The notes: generated by a model from the sequence alone, not told the origin. Shown: positions 19,534-30,212, numbered from the stretch's first letter. The stretch: DNA of 64,000 nucleotides from a virus (IMGVR_UViG_2684623127_000005), one strand, 5' to 3'. Made by a program: numbers and translations.

Positions 19534-19749
19534 ATGTACCAGATGGAAAAAATCACAACAGGTGTGTCATACACCACGTCAGCGGTGGGAACGGGCTACT
19601 GGTTCCTGCAGTTGCTGGACAGGGTTTCCCCGTCTCAGTGGGCGGCAATAGGCGTGCTGGGGAGTCTGCTGTTTGGTCTGCTGACGTACCTGACGAACCT
19701 GTATTTCAAAATCAGAGAGGACAGGCGTAAGGCGGCACGGGGAGAGTAA
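19534..19749 (+). CDS. S: Holin, phage 21 S (pinholin) family, dual-start motif
   Basis: ...[50 protein letters not shown] closely matches S21; MYQMEK N-terminus gives two starts. Confidence 0.8.
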   Translation: MYQMEKITTGVSYTTSAVGTGYWFLQLLDRVSPSQWAAIGVLGSLLFGLLTYLTNLYFKIREDRRKAARGE

Positions 19750-19753
19750 GCTG

Positions 19754-20287
19754 ATGAGCAGGAAACTCCGCTATGGTTTATCGGCTGCCGTTCTGGCGCT
19801 GATTGCCGCAGGTGCTTCTGCGCCTGAAATCCTCGACCAGTTTCTGGATGAAAAGGAAGGTAACCACACCACGGCATACCGTGATGGTGCGGGTATCTGG
19901 ACCATCTGCCGTGGAGCCACCCGGGTGGATGGTAAGCCTGTGATTCCTGGCATGAAGCTGTCGAAGGAAAAATGCGACCGGGTTAACGCTATCGAACGGG
20001 ATAAGGCGCTGGCATGGGTGGAGCGTAATATAAAAGTTCCACTGACCGAGCCACAAAAAGCAGGTATCGCGTCATTCTGTCCGTACAACATTGGTCCCGG
20101 TAAGTGTTTCCCGTCGACGTTTTACAGACGAATTAATGCAGGTGATCGAAAAGGTGCCTGCGAAGCGATTCGCTGGTGGATTAAGGACGGCGGCAGAGAC
20201 TGCCGTATTCGTTCAAACAACTGTTACGGTCAGATATCCCGTCGTGACCAGGAGAGCGCGCTGGCGTGCTGGGGAATCGACAGATAA
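19754..20287 (+). CDS. R: SAR endolysin (phage lysozyme with N-terminal signal-anchor-release domain)
   Basis: N-terminal weakly hydrophobic SAR segment (LRYGLSAAVLALIAAGASAP) plus lysozyme catalytic region (E...D...T spacing, ...NHTTAYRDGAGIWTICRG...). Confidence 0.85.
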   Translation: MSRKLRYGLSAAVLALIAAGASAPEILDQFLDEKEGNHTTAYRDGAGIWTICRGATRVDGKPVIPGMKLSKEKCDRVNAIERDKALAWVERNIKVPLTEPQKAGIASFCPYNIGPGKCFPSTFYRRINAGDRKGACEAIRWWIKDGGRDCRIRSNNCYGQISRRDQESALACWGIDR

Positions 20288-20558
20288 GAAGAATATTTTG
20301 CTGAAAAATGAGGTTTGCTTACATGGACGGATAACACGAAATCCTGCGAACTGGCAAAATGTAAGTGAATAAAGTCAACAAGATTGTTTCATGAAGAGGC
20401 ACCGTAATGGTGCCTTTGTCATTTCTGCGCTTCGCACAAGCGTAAATAAACCAAAGAACCTTTCAGGATGACCCTTGAGGATACCGGTTTGGCTGTCGGT
20501 GCCTTTCTGTGGGCTGGATTCCTGTGAGACAAGGTTCATCACTAAAAGGAAATAACCG

Positions 20559-21128
20559 ATGAATATGATGGCCGTGCCGTTTCACGGCAACTCTCTTTAT
20601 GTAGTTAACCATAATGGCGAACCATACGTTCCCATGAAACCTGTCGTTGCGGGGATGGGGCTGGCCTGGCAATCACAGTTGGCTAAGTTAAGACAGCGTT
20701 TTGCGTCAACTATAACGGAAATCGTTATGGTTGCTGAGGATGGGAAACAACGCAATATGGTGTCCATGCCACTTCGAAAACTTGCCGGCTGGCTACAAAC
20801 CATTAATCCCAACAAAGTAAAACCCGAAATCCGCGATAAGGTCATCCGGTATCAGGAAGAGTGCGACGATGTTCTTTACGAGTACTGGACGAAGGGTTTT
20901 GTCGTTAATCCCCGTAAAATGAGCGTGATGGAAGAACTCAACCAGGCTTGTGCTGACATGAAACGGGATAAAAACATTGCCAGTGTGTTTGCTACCGGGC
21001 TGAATGAGTGGAAACAGGTTAAAGCCGCGCATGTATCAAAAATCCGTACGCTGGTAAATGAAGCGAATATGCTGATTGATTTTGTCCTGGCTGATACAGG
21101 CAAAGGGAAAATAACAAAGGCGGATTGA
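20559..21128 (+). CDS. Antirepressor-like protein embedded in the lysis cassette
   Basis: 189-aa ORF between R and Rz; a similar gene occupies this position in Stx phages (recalled); family assignment tentative. Confidence 0.4.
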   Translation: MNMMAVPFHGNSLYVVNHNGEPYVPMKPVVAGMGLAWQSQLAKLRQRFASTITEIVMVAEDGKQRNMVSMPLRKLAGWLQTINPNKVKPEIRDKVIRYQEECDDVLYEYWTKGFVVNPRKMSVMEELNQACADMKRDKNIASVFATGLNEWKQVKAAHVSKIRTLVNEANMLIDFVLADTGKGKITKAD

Positions 21129-21281
21129 TGGGGTGGCTAATGATATCAGATAAACTCATAACGCTGGTGAAGAGCCTCTGTGTACTTGTCGGCATTTCAT
21201 TTTTAGTCATGCTGGTTGCCATTTTCTTTTCCACCGCCTGGCGAGTCCTGACGTTATCGGGACTGGTGGGGTGAAAGAGAG

Positions 21282-21749
21282 ATGAACCGTGTTCTGTGTG
21301 TGGTGATTATTGTCCTGGCGGTTGGCTGTGGTGCGCTGTGGCTGGCAACAAACCATTACCGTGACAACGCGCTCACCTACAAAGCGCAGCGTGATAAAAA
21401 AGCCAGAGAGCTGGAACAGGCGAATGCCACCATTACTGACATGCAGGTGCGCCAGCGTGATGTTGCTGCGCTCGATGCAAAATACTCGAGGGAGTTAGCC
21501 GATGCGAGAGCTGAAAATGAAACTCTGCGTGCTGATGTTGCCGCTGGTCGTAAGCGCCTGCGGATCAACGCCATCTGCTCCGGTACCGTGCGTGAAGCCA
21601 CCGGCACCTCCGGCGTGGATAATGCAACCGGCCCCCGACTGGCAGACACCGCTGAACGGGATTATTTCATCCTCAGAGAACGGTTGATGACAATGCAGAA
21701 GCAGCTGGAAGGGGCACAGGACTATATCCGCACTCAGTGCCTGAACTAA
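21282..21749 (+). CDS. Rz: Rz i-spanin
   Basis: N-terminal TM helix ([18 protein letters not shown]), coiled-coil periplasmic domain, position after the endolysin. Confidence 0.75.
   Translation: MNRVLCVVIIVLAVGCGALWLATNHYRDNALTYKAQRDKKARELEQANATITDMQVRQRDVAALDAKYSRELADARAENETLRADVAAGRKRLRINAICSGTVREATGTSGVDNATGPRLADTAERDYFILRERLMTMQKQLEGAQDYIRTQCLN
21517..21687 (+). CDS. Rz1: Rz1 o-spanin (lipoprotein embedded in the +1 frame of Rz)
   Basis: [15 protein letters not shown] lipobox followed by a Pro-rich periplasmic segment, entirely inside Rz. Confidence 0.65.
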   Translation: MKLCVLMLPLVVSACGSTPSAPVPCVKPPAPPAWIMQPAPDWQTPLNGIISSSENG

Positions 21750-21984
21750 GTTTTGCTGATGCGCCGTATCGTCACCGTATTCCTGCATTAACAGAGACCG
21801 CAGCCCGACAGGGAGACTCCTCTGCGAGAGTGTGCGGGGATAATCAAAAACGATACACACCGGGGTTTACCGCGTTAACGGAGCGCGGTGTTGTCCCCTC
21901 ATAGTCGCCAGTCCGGTGCGATGGTGGAAGAAACTGGATTTTGTTGCAAATGATAACCATTATCATTTTTGCGGGTCCTCCTGG

Positions 21985-22025
21985 TGGGGTGGGCCTGAAC
22001 ACGGGGCGGGCGGCGCGGAAAAAGG
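21985..22025. other. Candidate cos site (cosN-like GC-rich segment) upstream of the terminase
   Basis: ACGGGGCGGGCGGCGCGG resembles lambda cosN (ACGGGGCGGCGACCTCGCGG); AT-rich flank; Nu1-like TerS immediately downstream. Confidence 0.4.
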
Positions 22026-22203
22026 CGCATTTTTGTGATTTTATCGTCATCATCATCATGATGGTAACTTGTTGTTTTTAATGCTGTTAGTATTAAAAAG
22101 ATGATGATTGTGGTTGTTTTTTGTTCGACATCTTTATATGGCGGCATTTCTTTACAAAAAAACAGAGTCACTTCTGTTCTGCGGTTTATGTGGAGGGATG
22201 TAA

Positions 22204-22680
22204 ATGGACGGCGAGCTGAAAAATATGAAGTTAAATATTAATCAACTGGCAGCCCTTTCAGGTCTGCACCGGCAGACTGTTGCCGCCAGAATGGCGGATG
22301 TTCCTCTTGCACCAGGCAGTAATGAAAAGAAAAAACTGTATCTCCTGACGGATTTGATAACTTCGTTGCTGGAAAAACCACCATCTTCCGAAGATGAGGA
22401 TATGGATCCTCACGCTCGTAAGGCATGGTATCAGTCCGAGCGCGAGCGTCTTAAATTTCAGCATGAAACTGTTCAGCTTGTGCCAGTCAGTGATGTCAGG
22501 CGGTCCTTTTCTGTCGTGGTGAAAGCGATAGTTCAGGTACTGGAAACCTGGCCTGACCGGCTGGAGAGGGACAGGGGGTGGACTGCATCACAACTGAATG
22601 AAGTACAGATTGTGGTTGATGAGATCCGCGACACACTGGAAAAGGCAGTCATTGACTGTTGTGATGAGGCCGATATGTGA
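22204..22680 (+). CDS. Terminase small subunit (Nu1-like HTH)
   Basis: N-terminal HTH (INQLAALSGLHRQTVAARMADVPL) similar in pattern to lambda Nu1; coupled to the large subunit. Confidence 0.6.
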   Translation: MDGELKNMKLNINQLAALSGLHRQTVAARMADVPLAPGSNEKKKLYLLTDLITSLLEKPPSSEDEDMDPHARKAWYQSERERLKFQHETVQLVPVSDVRRSFSVVVKAIVQVLETWPDRLERDRGWTASQLNEVQIVVDEIRDTLEKAVIDCCDEADM

Positions 22681-24800
22681 ATCAGGTGAACGAGAGCCAT
22701 AGCCGCGCATCCGATATCTGGCGCGAAGTGGCCTCGCTGTTTCGCCCACCCAGCCGGTTACCAGTAGCGGAAGCCATCAGGCGTTATATGCGGGTTCCAC
22801 GGGGAGCCAATACTTCCGGTCCGTGGGAGTCATCGCTGACGCCCTATATGATTGACCCCATTAATACATTATCAGCCCGTGAATATGACGCGGTGGTGTT
22901 TGTGGGACCTGCGCGAACCGGGAAAACCGAAGGGCTGATTGATGGCTGGATTGTGTACGGCATCATCTGTGATCCGGCGGATATGCTGGTGGTGCAGATG
23001 ACTGAGACGAAGGCGCGTGAGCATTCCAGAACGCGTCTTTCCAGGACGTTTCGCCACAGTCCGGAGGTCAGCAAGCGCCTCAGTCCTTCCCGTAATGACA
23101 ACAACGTCCACGATAAAATGTTTCTTGACGGCTCCTTCCTGAAGATTGGCTGGCCGTCGATCACCGTCTTTTCCTCTTCGGATTACCGTCGTGTGGCGCT
23201 GACGGATTATGACCGTTTCCCTGAAAATGTGGACGGGGAAGGGGATGCCTTCACGCTGGCCTCAAAGCGTACCACCACCTTTATGTCCTCGGGGATGACC
23301 CTGGTCGAGAGTTCACCGGGGCGGGATATCACCGATACCAAATGGCGTTGTGGTGGCGCACATGAGGCACCGCCAACAACGGGGATCCTGTCACTGTATA
23401 ACCGGGGAGACCGCCGCCGGTGGTACTGGCCGTGTCCGCACTGCGGGGAATATTTTCAGCCGGTGATGGATAACATGACCGGATACCGGAATAACCCGGA
23501 TTTTGTGGCTGCCGGTCAGGCTGCCCGTCTGATGTGTCCGCATTGTCGCGGGCTGATTGCCCCTGAGCAGAAACGCGAACTGAATAACCAGGGGATCTGG
23601 CTTCGTGAAGGTGAACGGGCGGCGGCGGACGGCAGTATCACCGGAACGCCACGAAACTCCCGGATTGCGTCATTTTGGATGGAGGGGCCAGCTGCGGCGT
23701 TTCAGACCTGGGAACAACTGATTTTTAAACTGCTGGCGGCAGAAGAAGAGTATGAGCGAACCGGCAGTGAAGAGACCCTGAAAGCGGTGGTGAACACCGA
23801 TATCGGACGACCCTATCTGCCCCGTTCAGCCACGGAACAGCGTAAAAGTGAACTGCTTGAACAGCGTGCCGAGCCGTTTCCCCGGCGATCTGTGCCGGAT
23901 GGTGTGCGTTTTATTGAGGCAACGGTTGACGTACAGGGCGGTAAAAATCGCCGTTTTGTTGTGCAGATCACCGGATACGGAGAGCAGGGGGAACGCTGGA
24001 TTGTTGATCGCTACAACATCCGGCATTCACTGCGCTGCAGTCCCAACGGTGAAAGTCTGCCGGTTGATCCGGCGGCATATCCGGAGGACTGGGATTTGTT
24101 GCTGACGGATGTGTTCCATAAAACATGGCCGCTGGCTTCTGATCCGGATGTGCGCATGCGTCTGATGGCCATGGCGGTGGATACGGGAGGGGAAGCCGGG
24201 GTGACAGATAACGCCTATCGTTTCTGGCGTCGTTGCCGGAGTGACGGACTGGGCAACAGGGTGTTTCTGTTCAAGGGGGATGGACTTCGCCGTGACAGGC
24301 TGATTAACCGAACCTTCCCGGATAATACCGGCAGAAGTGCCCGCCGTGCCAGAGCCAGTGGCGATGTCGCGCTGTGGCTGGTTCAGACGGATGCGTTTAA
24401 GGATCGTGTAAATAATGCCCTGTGGCGTGACACACCAGGGCCGAACTATATCCACTTTCCCGACTGGCTGGGGCGGTGGTTTTACGATGAGCTGACCTAT
24501 GAAGAGCGCGGCAGTGACGGAAAATGGCGAAAACCGGGCAGGGGCGCTAACGAAGCGTTTGACCTGCTGGTTTATGCGGATGCGCTTGCCGTTCTGCATG
24601 GTTACGAAAAGATCCGCTGGCCCTCCGCACCGGACTGGGCACAGCGGGAAACGTGGCTCGTCTTCCCGCAGGAGCGTTCTGGTGAAACGGTATCCCCGGA
24701 ACTGACGGCCGGGGCAGAAAAACGCCGTCGCCGGAAGAAAAAACTGCGGACGGAGCGTGCGGAAGATAATCCATGGATAACATCAGGAGGCTGGTTGTGA
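22677..24800 (+). CDS. Terminase large subunit (lambda gpA-like)
   Basis: 707 aa; Walker A-like (VGPARTGKTEG); GTG start overlapping the TerS stop. Confidence 0.85.
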   Translation: MNQVNESHSRASDIWREVASLFRPPSRLPVAEAIRRYMRVPRGANTSGPWESSLTPYMIDPINTLSAREYDAVVFVGPARTGKTEGLIDGWIVYGIICDPADMLVVQMTETKAREHSRTRLSRTFRHSPEVSKRLSPSRNDNNVHDKMFLDGSFLKIGWPSITVFSSSDYRRVALTDYDRFPENVDGEGDAFTLASKRTTTFMSSGMTLVESSPGRDITDTKWRCGGAHEAPPTTGILSLYNRGDRRRWYWPCPHCGEYFQPVMDNMTGYRNNPDFVAAGQAARLMCPHCRGLIAPEQKRELNNQGIWLREGERAAADGSITGTPRNSRIASFWMEGPAAAFQTWEQLIFKLLAAEEEYERTGSEETLKAVVNTDIGRPYLPRSATEQRKSELLEQRAEPFPRRSVPDGVRFIEATVDVQGGKNRRFVVQITGYGEQGERWIVDRYNIRHSLRCSPNGESLPVDPAAYPEDWDLLLTDVFHKTWPLASDPDVRMRLMAMAVDTGGEAGVTDNAYRFWRRCRSDGLGNRVFLFKGDGLRRDRLINRTFPDNTGRSARRARASGDVALWLVQTDAFKDRVNNALWRDTPGPNYIHFPDWLGRWFYDELTYEERGSDGKWRKPGRGANEAFDLLVYADALAVLHGYEKIRWPSAPDWAQRETWLVFPQERSGETVSPELTAGAEKRRRRKKKLRTERAEDNPWITSGGWL

Positions 24801-25009
24801 GCACAGAAGAAGCCAGAGAAATGATACAGCGGTACCGTGAAGCGGAAATGGCCGTACTGGAGGGAAAGTCTGTCATCTTCAACGGGCAGCAACTGACGCT
24901 GGAAAGCCTTTCTCAGATCCGCGCCGGACGTCAGGAGTGGGAACGCAGGCTTGCCGCGATGGTGAGCCGCAGGCGGGGAAAACCGGGATTTAAACTGGCG
25001 AGGTTTTAA
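24773..25009 (+). CDS. W: Head-tail joining protein, gpW-like (likely GTG start at 24797)
   Basis: About 70 aa ending ...RRRGKPGFKLARF (lambda W ends ...RRRGPAGFYV); AGGAGG RBS before the GTG at 24797. Confidence 0.5.
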   Translation: MDNIRRLVVSTEEAREMIQRYREAEMAVLEGKSVIFNGQQLTLESLSQIRAGRQEWERRLAAMVSRRRGKPGFKLARF

Positions 25010-26511
25010 TGGCAATTATTGATGATGTGATCGGCGTGTTTTCCCCCGGGTGGAAAGCAGCCAGACTGCGTTCAAGGGCGTTAATCATGGCCTATGAGGC
25101 GGTGAAACCGACCCGGACACATAAAGCCCGGCGGGAAAATCGCTCTGCTGATCAGCTCAGTAAATACGGTGCGGTTTCCCTGCGGGAGCAGGCCCGTTTT
25201 CTGGATATCAATCATGACCTGGTGATTGGTGTGTTTGACAAGCTGGAAGAGCGGGTGATTGGTGCCAGGGGAATTATTGTGGAGCCTCAGCCATTACGAA
25301 AAAACGGGGAAATGGCGGCTGAGCTGGCTGCGGATATCCGCCGTTTGTGGGCTGAATGGTCCGTGAGTCCGGATGTGACAGGGCAGTATACCCGTCCTGT
25401 GCTTGAACGTTTACTGCTGCGGACCTGGCTGCGGGATGGTGAAGTGTTTGCGCAGATGGTCAGTGGTGCGGGAAACGGTCTGGAACGGACGGCGGGAGTG
25501 CCATTCTGGCTTGAGGCGATGGAGCCGGATTTTGTTCCCATGCGCACTGATGAATCCGCCGGACTGAATCAGGGGGTTTTTCTTGATGAGTGGGGAAGAC
25601 CGAAAAAATATCTGGTTTATAAAAATTATCCGGTCAGCGGCCGGCAGAGTGATACGAAAGAAATCGCTGCCGGAAAAATGATCCACCTGAAGTTCACTCG
25701 TCGTCTGCATCAGACGCGAGGCTCATCCATGTTATCGGGGGTGCTGATGCGGATCAGTGCCCTTAAGGAGTATGAGGATGCGGAACTGACAGCGGCGCGT
25801 ATTGCTGCGGCGCTGGGACTGTATATCCGTAAAGGTGACGGACAGGACTATGAAGATCCGGGGATCAAAGAGACCGAGCGGGAAGTCCATATCACCCCGG
25901 GTATTATTTATGACGATTTGCGCAAGGGCGAGGATATCGGCATGGTCAAATCTGACCGTCCCAATCCCAACCTTGAAACTTTCCGCAACGGCCAGTTGCG
26001 TGCAGTGGCAGCAGGCAGTCGTCTGAGTTTTTCCAGTGCGGCGCGTAACTATAACGGCACCTACAGCGCCCAGCGGCAGGAGCTGGTCGAGTCCACGGAT
26101 GGTTACCTGATCCTGCAGGACTGTTTTATTGGCGCGGTAACCCGCCCGGTGTACCGGACATGGCTGAATATGGTGGTTGCGGCAGGTCTGCTGAAAATTC
26201 CGGCGGATGTGGAGATGAAAACGCTATATAACGCGACGTATTCCGGTCCGGTGATGCCGTGGATCGACCCGGTTAAGGAAGCTGAAGCCTGGAGAATTCA
26301 GATCCGGGGTGGTGCAGCGACAGAATCTGACTGGGTGCGTGCCGGTGGGCGCAATCCGGATGAGGTCAAACGTCGCCGCAAGGCTGAAATTGATGAAAAC
26401 AGCAGACTGGGGCTGGTCTTTGATACTGACCCCGTCAACGACAAAGGAGGCAACAGTGCCGGAACTGAACGACAGTATCAGCGCGACACCGAAAGCCAGC
26501 ATGAAGAATAA
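25009..26511 (+). CDS. Portal protein (lambda gpB family)
   Basis: 500 aa, position after terminase/W, lambda-B-like N-terminus. Confidence 0.85.
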   Translation: MAIIDDVIGVFSPGWKAARLRSRALIMAYEAVKPTRTHKARRENRSADQLSKYGAVSLREQARFLDINHDLVIGVFDKLEERVIGARGIIVEPQPLRKNGEMAAELAADIRRLWAEWSVSPDVTGQYTRPVLERLLLRTWLRDGEVFAQMVSGAGNGLERTAGVPFWLEAMEPDFVPMRTDESAGLNQGVFLDEWGRPKKYLVYKNYPVSGRQSDTKEIAAGKMIHLKFTRRLHQTRGSSMLSGVLMRISALKEYEDAELTAARIAAALGLYIRKGDGQDYEDPGIKETEREVHITPGIIYDDLRKGEDIGMVKSDRPNPNLETFRNGQLRAVAAGSRLSFSSAARNYNGTYSAQRQELVESTDGYLILQDCFIGAVTRPVYRTWLNMVVAAGLLKIPADVEMKTLYNATYSGPVMPWIDPVKEAEAWRIQIRGGAATESDWVRAGGRNPDEVKRRRKAEIDENSRLGLVFDTDPVNDKGGNSAGTERQYQRDTESQHEE

Positions 26512-28480
26512 ATCCTGGTTCAGGATGCAAGCTGGGGGGCCGGGTGACGCGGATATTTATATTTATGACGAGATTGGTTTCTGGGGAGTTACCGCGAAGC
26601 AGTTTGTCAGCGAACTGAATGCACTGGGTGATATCACCCACATTAATCTCCATATCAATTCACCGGGTGGCGATGTCTTTGAAGGCATCGCCATTTTTAA
26701 TGCCCTGAAAAATCAGGGGGCGACCATTACCGTGTATGTGGATGGCGTTGCCGCCTCGATGGCATCTGTGATTGCGATGGCCGGTGATACGGTCATTATG
26801 CCGGAAAATGCCTTCATGATGATCCATAAGCCATGGGGATTCAGTGGCGGGGATGCTGAGGATATGCGCAGTTATGCCGATTTGCTGGATAAAGTCGAAT
26901 CGGTACTGTTGCCAGCCTATGCGCAGAAAACCGGAAAAACCACCGATGAAATTGCCGCCATGCTGGCGGATGAAACCTGGATGTCCGGTGCCGAATGTCT
27001 GGCACACGGATTTGCTGACCAGGTGACACCCGCTGTTGAGGCAATGGCATGTATTCAGTCAAAACGTACAGAGGAATTTAAAAAGATGCCGGAATCCATC
27101 CGAAACATGATTACTCCGCCACGCAACAGTGCCCCGCGTGATACCACAGTGACAATCCCTGCACCGGCGGTAACAGAACCATCACCGGTACCGGCAGTGT
27201 CTGATGAGGCGACCATTCGCGCCCGCGTTATGGCTGAGCAGAAAGCCCGCATGTCAGGCATTAACGATCTGTTTGCCATGTTCGGCGGTCGCTATCAGAC
27301 GCTTCAGGCACAGTGCGTGGCTGATCCTGACTGTTCGCTGGAAATGGCCCGTGAACGTCTGCTGAATGAAATGGGCAAGGAGTCCTCGCCGACCAACAAA
27401 AATACACCGGCCCATATTTATGCCGGAAACGGCAATTTTGTGGGGGACGGGATCCGCCAGGCGATGCTGGCCCGTGCCGGATTTGAAAATGTCGAGAAGG
27501 ATAACGCCTATAACGGGATGACCCTGCGTGAATGGGCTCGCATGTCACTGACGGAGCGCGGTATTGGGGTGGCCAGTTATAACCCCATGCAGATGGTCGG
27601 GCTGGCGCTGACGCACAGCACCTCTGATTTTGGCAATATTCTGCTGGATGTGTCGAACAAGGGGCTGATCCAGGGCTGGGAGGAATCAGAAGAAACCTTC
27701 CAGAAGTGGACCCGTAAGGGACGCCTGTCAGACTTCAAAACAGCGTATCGCGTGGGGATGGGCGGTTTTGGTTCTCTGCGCCAGGTTCGTGAGGGGGCGG
27801 AGTATAAATACATCACCACCTCAGATCGCAAGGAGACCATTGCACTGGCCACTTACGGGGAGATTTTCTCCATCACCCGCCAGGCCATTATCAATGATGA
27901 TCTGAATATGCTGGTGGACGTGCCGATGAAGATGGGGCGTGCGGCGAAGGCAACGATTGGTGACCTGGTCTACAAGGTGCTGACGGATAACCCGAAACTG
28001 TCCGACGGTAAGGCGCTGTTCCATGCCGATCACAAAAATATTGCCACCGGGGGGATCTCCGTTTCCGGACTGGATGCGGCCCGTCAGATGATGCGCCTGC
28101 AGAAAGAAGGCGATCGTGCCCTGAATATCCGTCCGGCCTTTATGCTGGTACCGGTGGCACTGGAGACGGTGGCGAACCAGACCATCAAATCGGCCAGTGT
28201 GAAAGGGGCGGATGCAAACGCCGGTGTCATTAACCCTATCCAGAACTTTGCTGAGGTGATTGCAGAAGCGCGTCTTGATGCGGCAGACCCGAAAACCTGG
28301 TATCTGGCGGCGGCACAGGGCACTGACACCATTGAAGTGGCCTGGCTGGATGGTGTGGACACGCCATACATTGATCAGCAGGAAGGTTTCACCACTGACG
28401 GCATTGCCACAAAAATCCGTATTGATGCCGGAGTGGCACCACTTGACTGGCGCGGGCTGGTGCGTTCGTCGGTGGCCTGA
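26456..28480 (+). CDS. Prohead protease (ClpP/S49-like) fused to major capsid protein
   Basis: N-terminal part has ClpP-like motifs (INSPGGDVFEGIAIFNAL, ASMASVIAMAG, MIHKP); C-terminal approx 380 aa is capsid-like; GTG at 26456 with AAAGGAGG RBS (alternative ATG 26501). Confidence 0.7.
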   Translation: MPELNDSISATPKASMKNKSWFRMQAGGPGDADIYIYDEIGFWGVTAKQFVSELNALGDITHINLHINSPGGDVFEGIAIFNALKNQGATITVYVDGVAASMASVIAMAGDTVIMPENAFMMIHKPWGFSGGDAEDMRSYADLLDKVESVLLPAYAQKTGKTTDEIAAMLADETWMSGAECLAHGFADQVTPAVEAMACIQSKRTEEFKKMPESIRNMITPPRNSAPRDTTVTIPAPAVTEPSPVPAVSDEATIRARVMAEQKARMSGINDLFAMFGGRYQTLQAQCVADPDCSLEMARERLLNEMGKESSPTNKNTPAHIYAGNGNFVGDGIRQAMLARAGFENVEKDNAYNGMTLREWARMSLTERGIGVASYNPMQMVGLALTHSTSDFGNILLDVSNKGLIQGWEESEETFQKWTRKGRLSDFKTAYRVGMGGFGSLRQVREGAEYKYITTSDRKETIALATYGEIFSITRQAIINDDLNMLVDVPMKMGRAAKATIGDLVYKVLTDNPKLSDGKALFHADHKNIATGGISVSGLDAARQMMRLQKEGDRALNIRPAFMLVPVALETVANQTIKSASVKGADANAGVINPIQNFAEVIAEARLDAADPKTWYLAAAQGTDTIEVAWLDGVDTPYIDQQEGFTTDGIATKIRIDAGVAPLDWRGLVRSSVA

Positions 28481-28567
28481 TAACCGCGTTATCACAATCA
28501 CTGCCCGAAAGGGCTTTTTTTATGCCTGAAAAACAGCCCCACAGGGGCTGTCCGGAGAAACAGCATT

Positions 28568-28894
28568 ATGGCGAAAAATTTTGTACAGGACGGTACCACC
28601 ATTGAACTGGTGAATGCCGGAGATCAGACCATCCTGAGCGGTGCTGCGGTGGTGGTCGGCAGTATGGTGGCCGTGGCCATTACCGATATTCCTGCCGGTG
28701 AGGCCGGTGACGGTTTTGCCGAAGGCGTGTTCCTGCTGCCCAAACAGTCTGCTGACGACATTCAGTCCGGCGCGGTGGTTTATCTGAAGGACGGGGTTGT
28801 GCAGCTGGCTGCAGACGGTGCGGTGGCAGCGGGGGTAGCCTGGGAAAATGCCCCTGCAAACAGCGCCACTGTGGCGGTAAAAATCAATGTCTGA
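28568..28894 (+). CDS. Hypothetical head-associated protein (Gly/Ala-rich, 108 aa)
   Basis: Position between the capsid gene and head-tail joining genes. Confidence 0.4.
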   Translation: MAKNFVQDGTTIELVNAGDQTILSGAAVVVGSMVAVAITDIPAGEAGDGFAEGVFLLPKQSADDIQSGAVVYLKDGVVQLAADGAVAAGVAWENAPANSATVAVKINV

Positions 28895-29168
28895 TCTGTT
28901 TACGCGAATGTGTTGCCGGATGGACGTGGCGACCGTTCGGGTGATGGGCAAACAGGCGGAGATTAACGGCGTCGTGTACGACGTGATGCCGGAGGAAGAG
29001 TCCGCGGAGATGGGGGCGCTTTCGGGCAGCCAGTTGTCACTGGTGGTGTTTTCAGCCCGGTACCGTCCGGCCCGTCATGATGTTGTTGTGTTTGCGGGGC
29101 GCACACTGACGGTGACCCGTTATGACACGTACAACGGTAAACCCCGGATTTTTGTCGAACAGGAATGA
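28887..29168 (+). CDS. Head-tail joining protein (FII-like), tentative
   Basis: 93 aa directly upstream of the Z homolog; weak pattern similarity to lambda FII. Confidence 0.4.
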   Translation: MSDLFTRMCCRMDVATVRVMGKQAEINGVVYDVMPEEESAEMGALSGSQLSLVVFSARYRPARHDVVVFAGRTLTVTRYDTYNGKPRIFVEQE

Positions 29169-29794
29169 GTATGGCAATAAAAGGTCTGGCGCAGGCCATG
29201 AAAAATCTGGATGCAATTGATCGCCGTGCCGTTCCCCGGGCCTCTGCCACGACACTGAACCGAGTGGCGGGGGCCATTATTGCGAAAACGGCCTCTTCAG
29301 TTGCCAGGGAGCTGGCCGTTCCCCGTCGTCTTATCCGTGCCCGCATCCGGTTAAGTCCGGCACGACCGGATAAGGTTTACGCAAAGGTTTACATCAATAC
29401 CGGCAACCTGCCCGCCATCAAACTGGGGGAGGCCCGCGTTCGACTTTCCCGCAGAAAACGGAGAAAGAAAGGACAGCGTGCGGCCCTGAAAGGGGGCGGC
29501 AGTGTGCTGATTGTGGGGAAAAGACGGATCCCGGACGCCTTTATCACCCGGCTGGCTAACGGACGCTGGCATGTGATGCAGCGTATGCCGTGGGCATCAT
29601 CATCCACCGGCGCGGACAGCAAAGGGAGGCCGAAACGCCACCGTCTGCCGATCGAAGTGGTGAAGATTACGACTGCCGGACCGCTGGCAGAAACCTTTGA
29701 ACGTGAACGGGACCGGATGTACCGGGAAAAATTACCGGCGCAGATGATGAAAGCCATGACGCATCAGTTACGCCTGGTGCTGAAAAGAAAATGA
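29165..29794 (+). CDS. Z: Minor tail protein Z homolog
   Basis: MAIKGLAQAMKNL...LSRRKRRKKGQRAALKGGGSVL...NGRWHVMQR... matches lambda Z along its length (recalled). Confidence 0.75.
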   Translation: MSMAIKGLAQAMKNLDAIDRRAVPRASATTLNRVAGAIIAKTASSVARELAVPRRLIRARIRLSPARPDKVYAKVYINTGNLPAIKLGEARVRLSRRKRRKKGQRAALKGGGSVLIVGKRRIPDAFITRLANGRWHVMQRMPWASSSTGADSKGRPKRHRLPIEVVKITTAGPLAETFERERDRMYREKLPAQMMKAMTHQLRLVLKRK

Positions 29795-29806
29795 CTGGGA
29801 GGGTGT

Positions 29807-30205
29807 ATGAAACACCGTGAAATACGGGCGGCAGTTCTGTCTGCCCTGAAAGAAAATATTTCTGAGAGGGTGAGCTGGTTTGACGGTCGCCCGGTTTTTA
29901 TTGATGAACAGGAACTGCCTGCTGTTGCTGTTTACCTGACAGATGCGTCTGCTGCTGACGAGTTCGTTGATGAGGGAACCTGGGAGGCGACACTGCATAT
30001 TGAGGTTTTTCTCAGGGCAAAAGAACCGGACTCGGCACTGGATATGTGGATGGAAGAAAAAATTCTTCCTGCGCTGGAGGCAGTTCCCGGGCTCAGTGCA
30101 TTACTGCTGAAGATGAATCTTCAGGGGTATGACTACCGCCGGGATGATGAGTTTATGATGTGGGGATCGGCAGATCTCCTGTGGAAAATTACCTACGAGA
30201 TGTGA
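29807..30205 (+). CDS. U: Tail terminator protein U homolog
   Basis: [11 protein letters not shown]...AVAVYLT...LHIEVFL...GYDYRRDD...ITYEM matches lambda gpU. Confidence 0.85.
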   Translation: MKHREIRAAVLSALKENISERVSWFDGRPVFIDEQELPAVAVYLTDASAADEFVDEGTWEATLHIEVFLRAKEPDSALDMWMEEKILPALEAVPGLSALLLKMNLQGYDYRRDDEFMMWGSADLLWKITYEM

Positions 30206-30212
30206 GGACGAT

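Noticed and set aside
24027-24599. 190-aa minus-strand ORF inside the terminase large subunit gene
   Set aside because: Fully contained antisense to a conserved gene; no ribosome-binding site; low-complexity composition.
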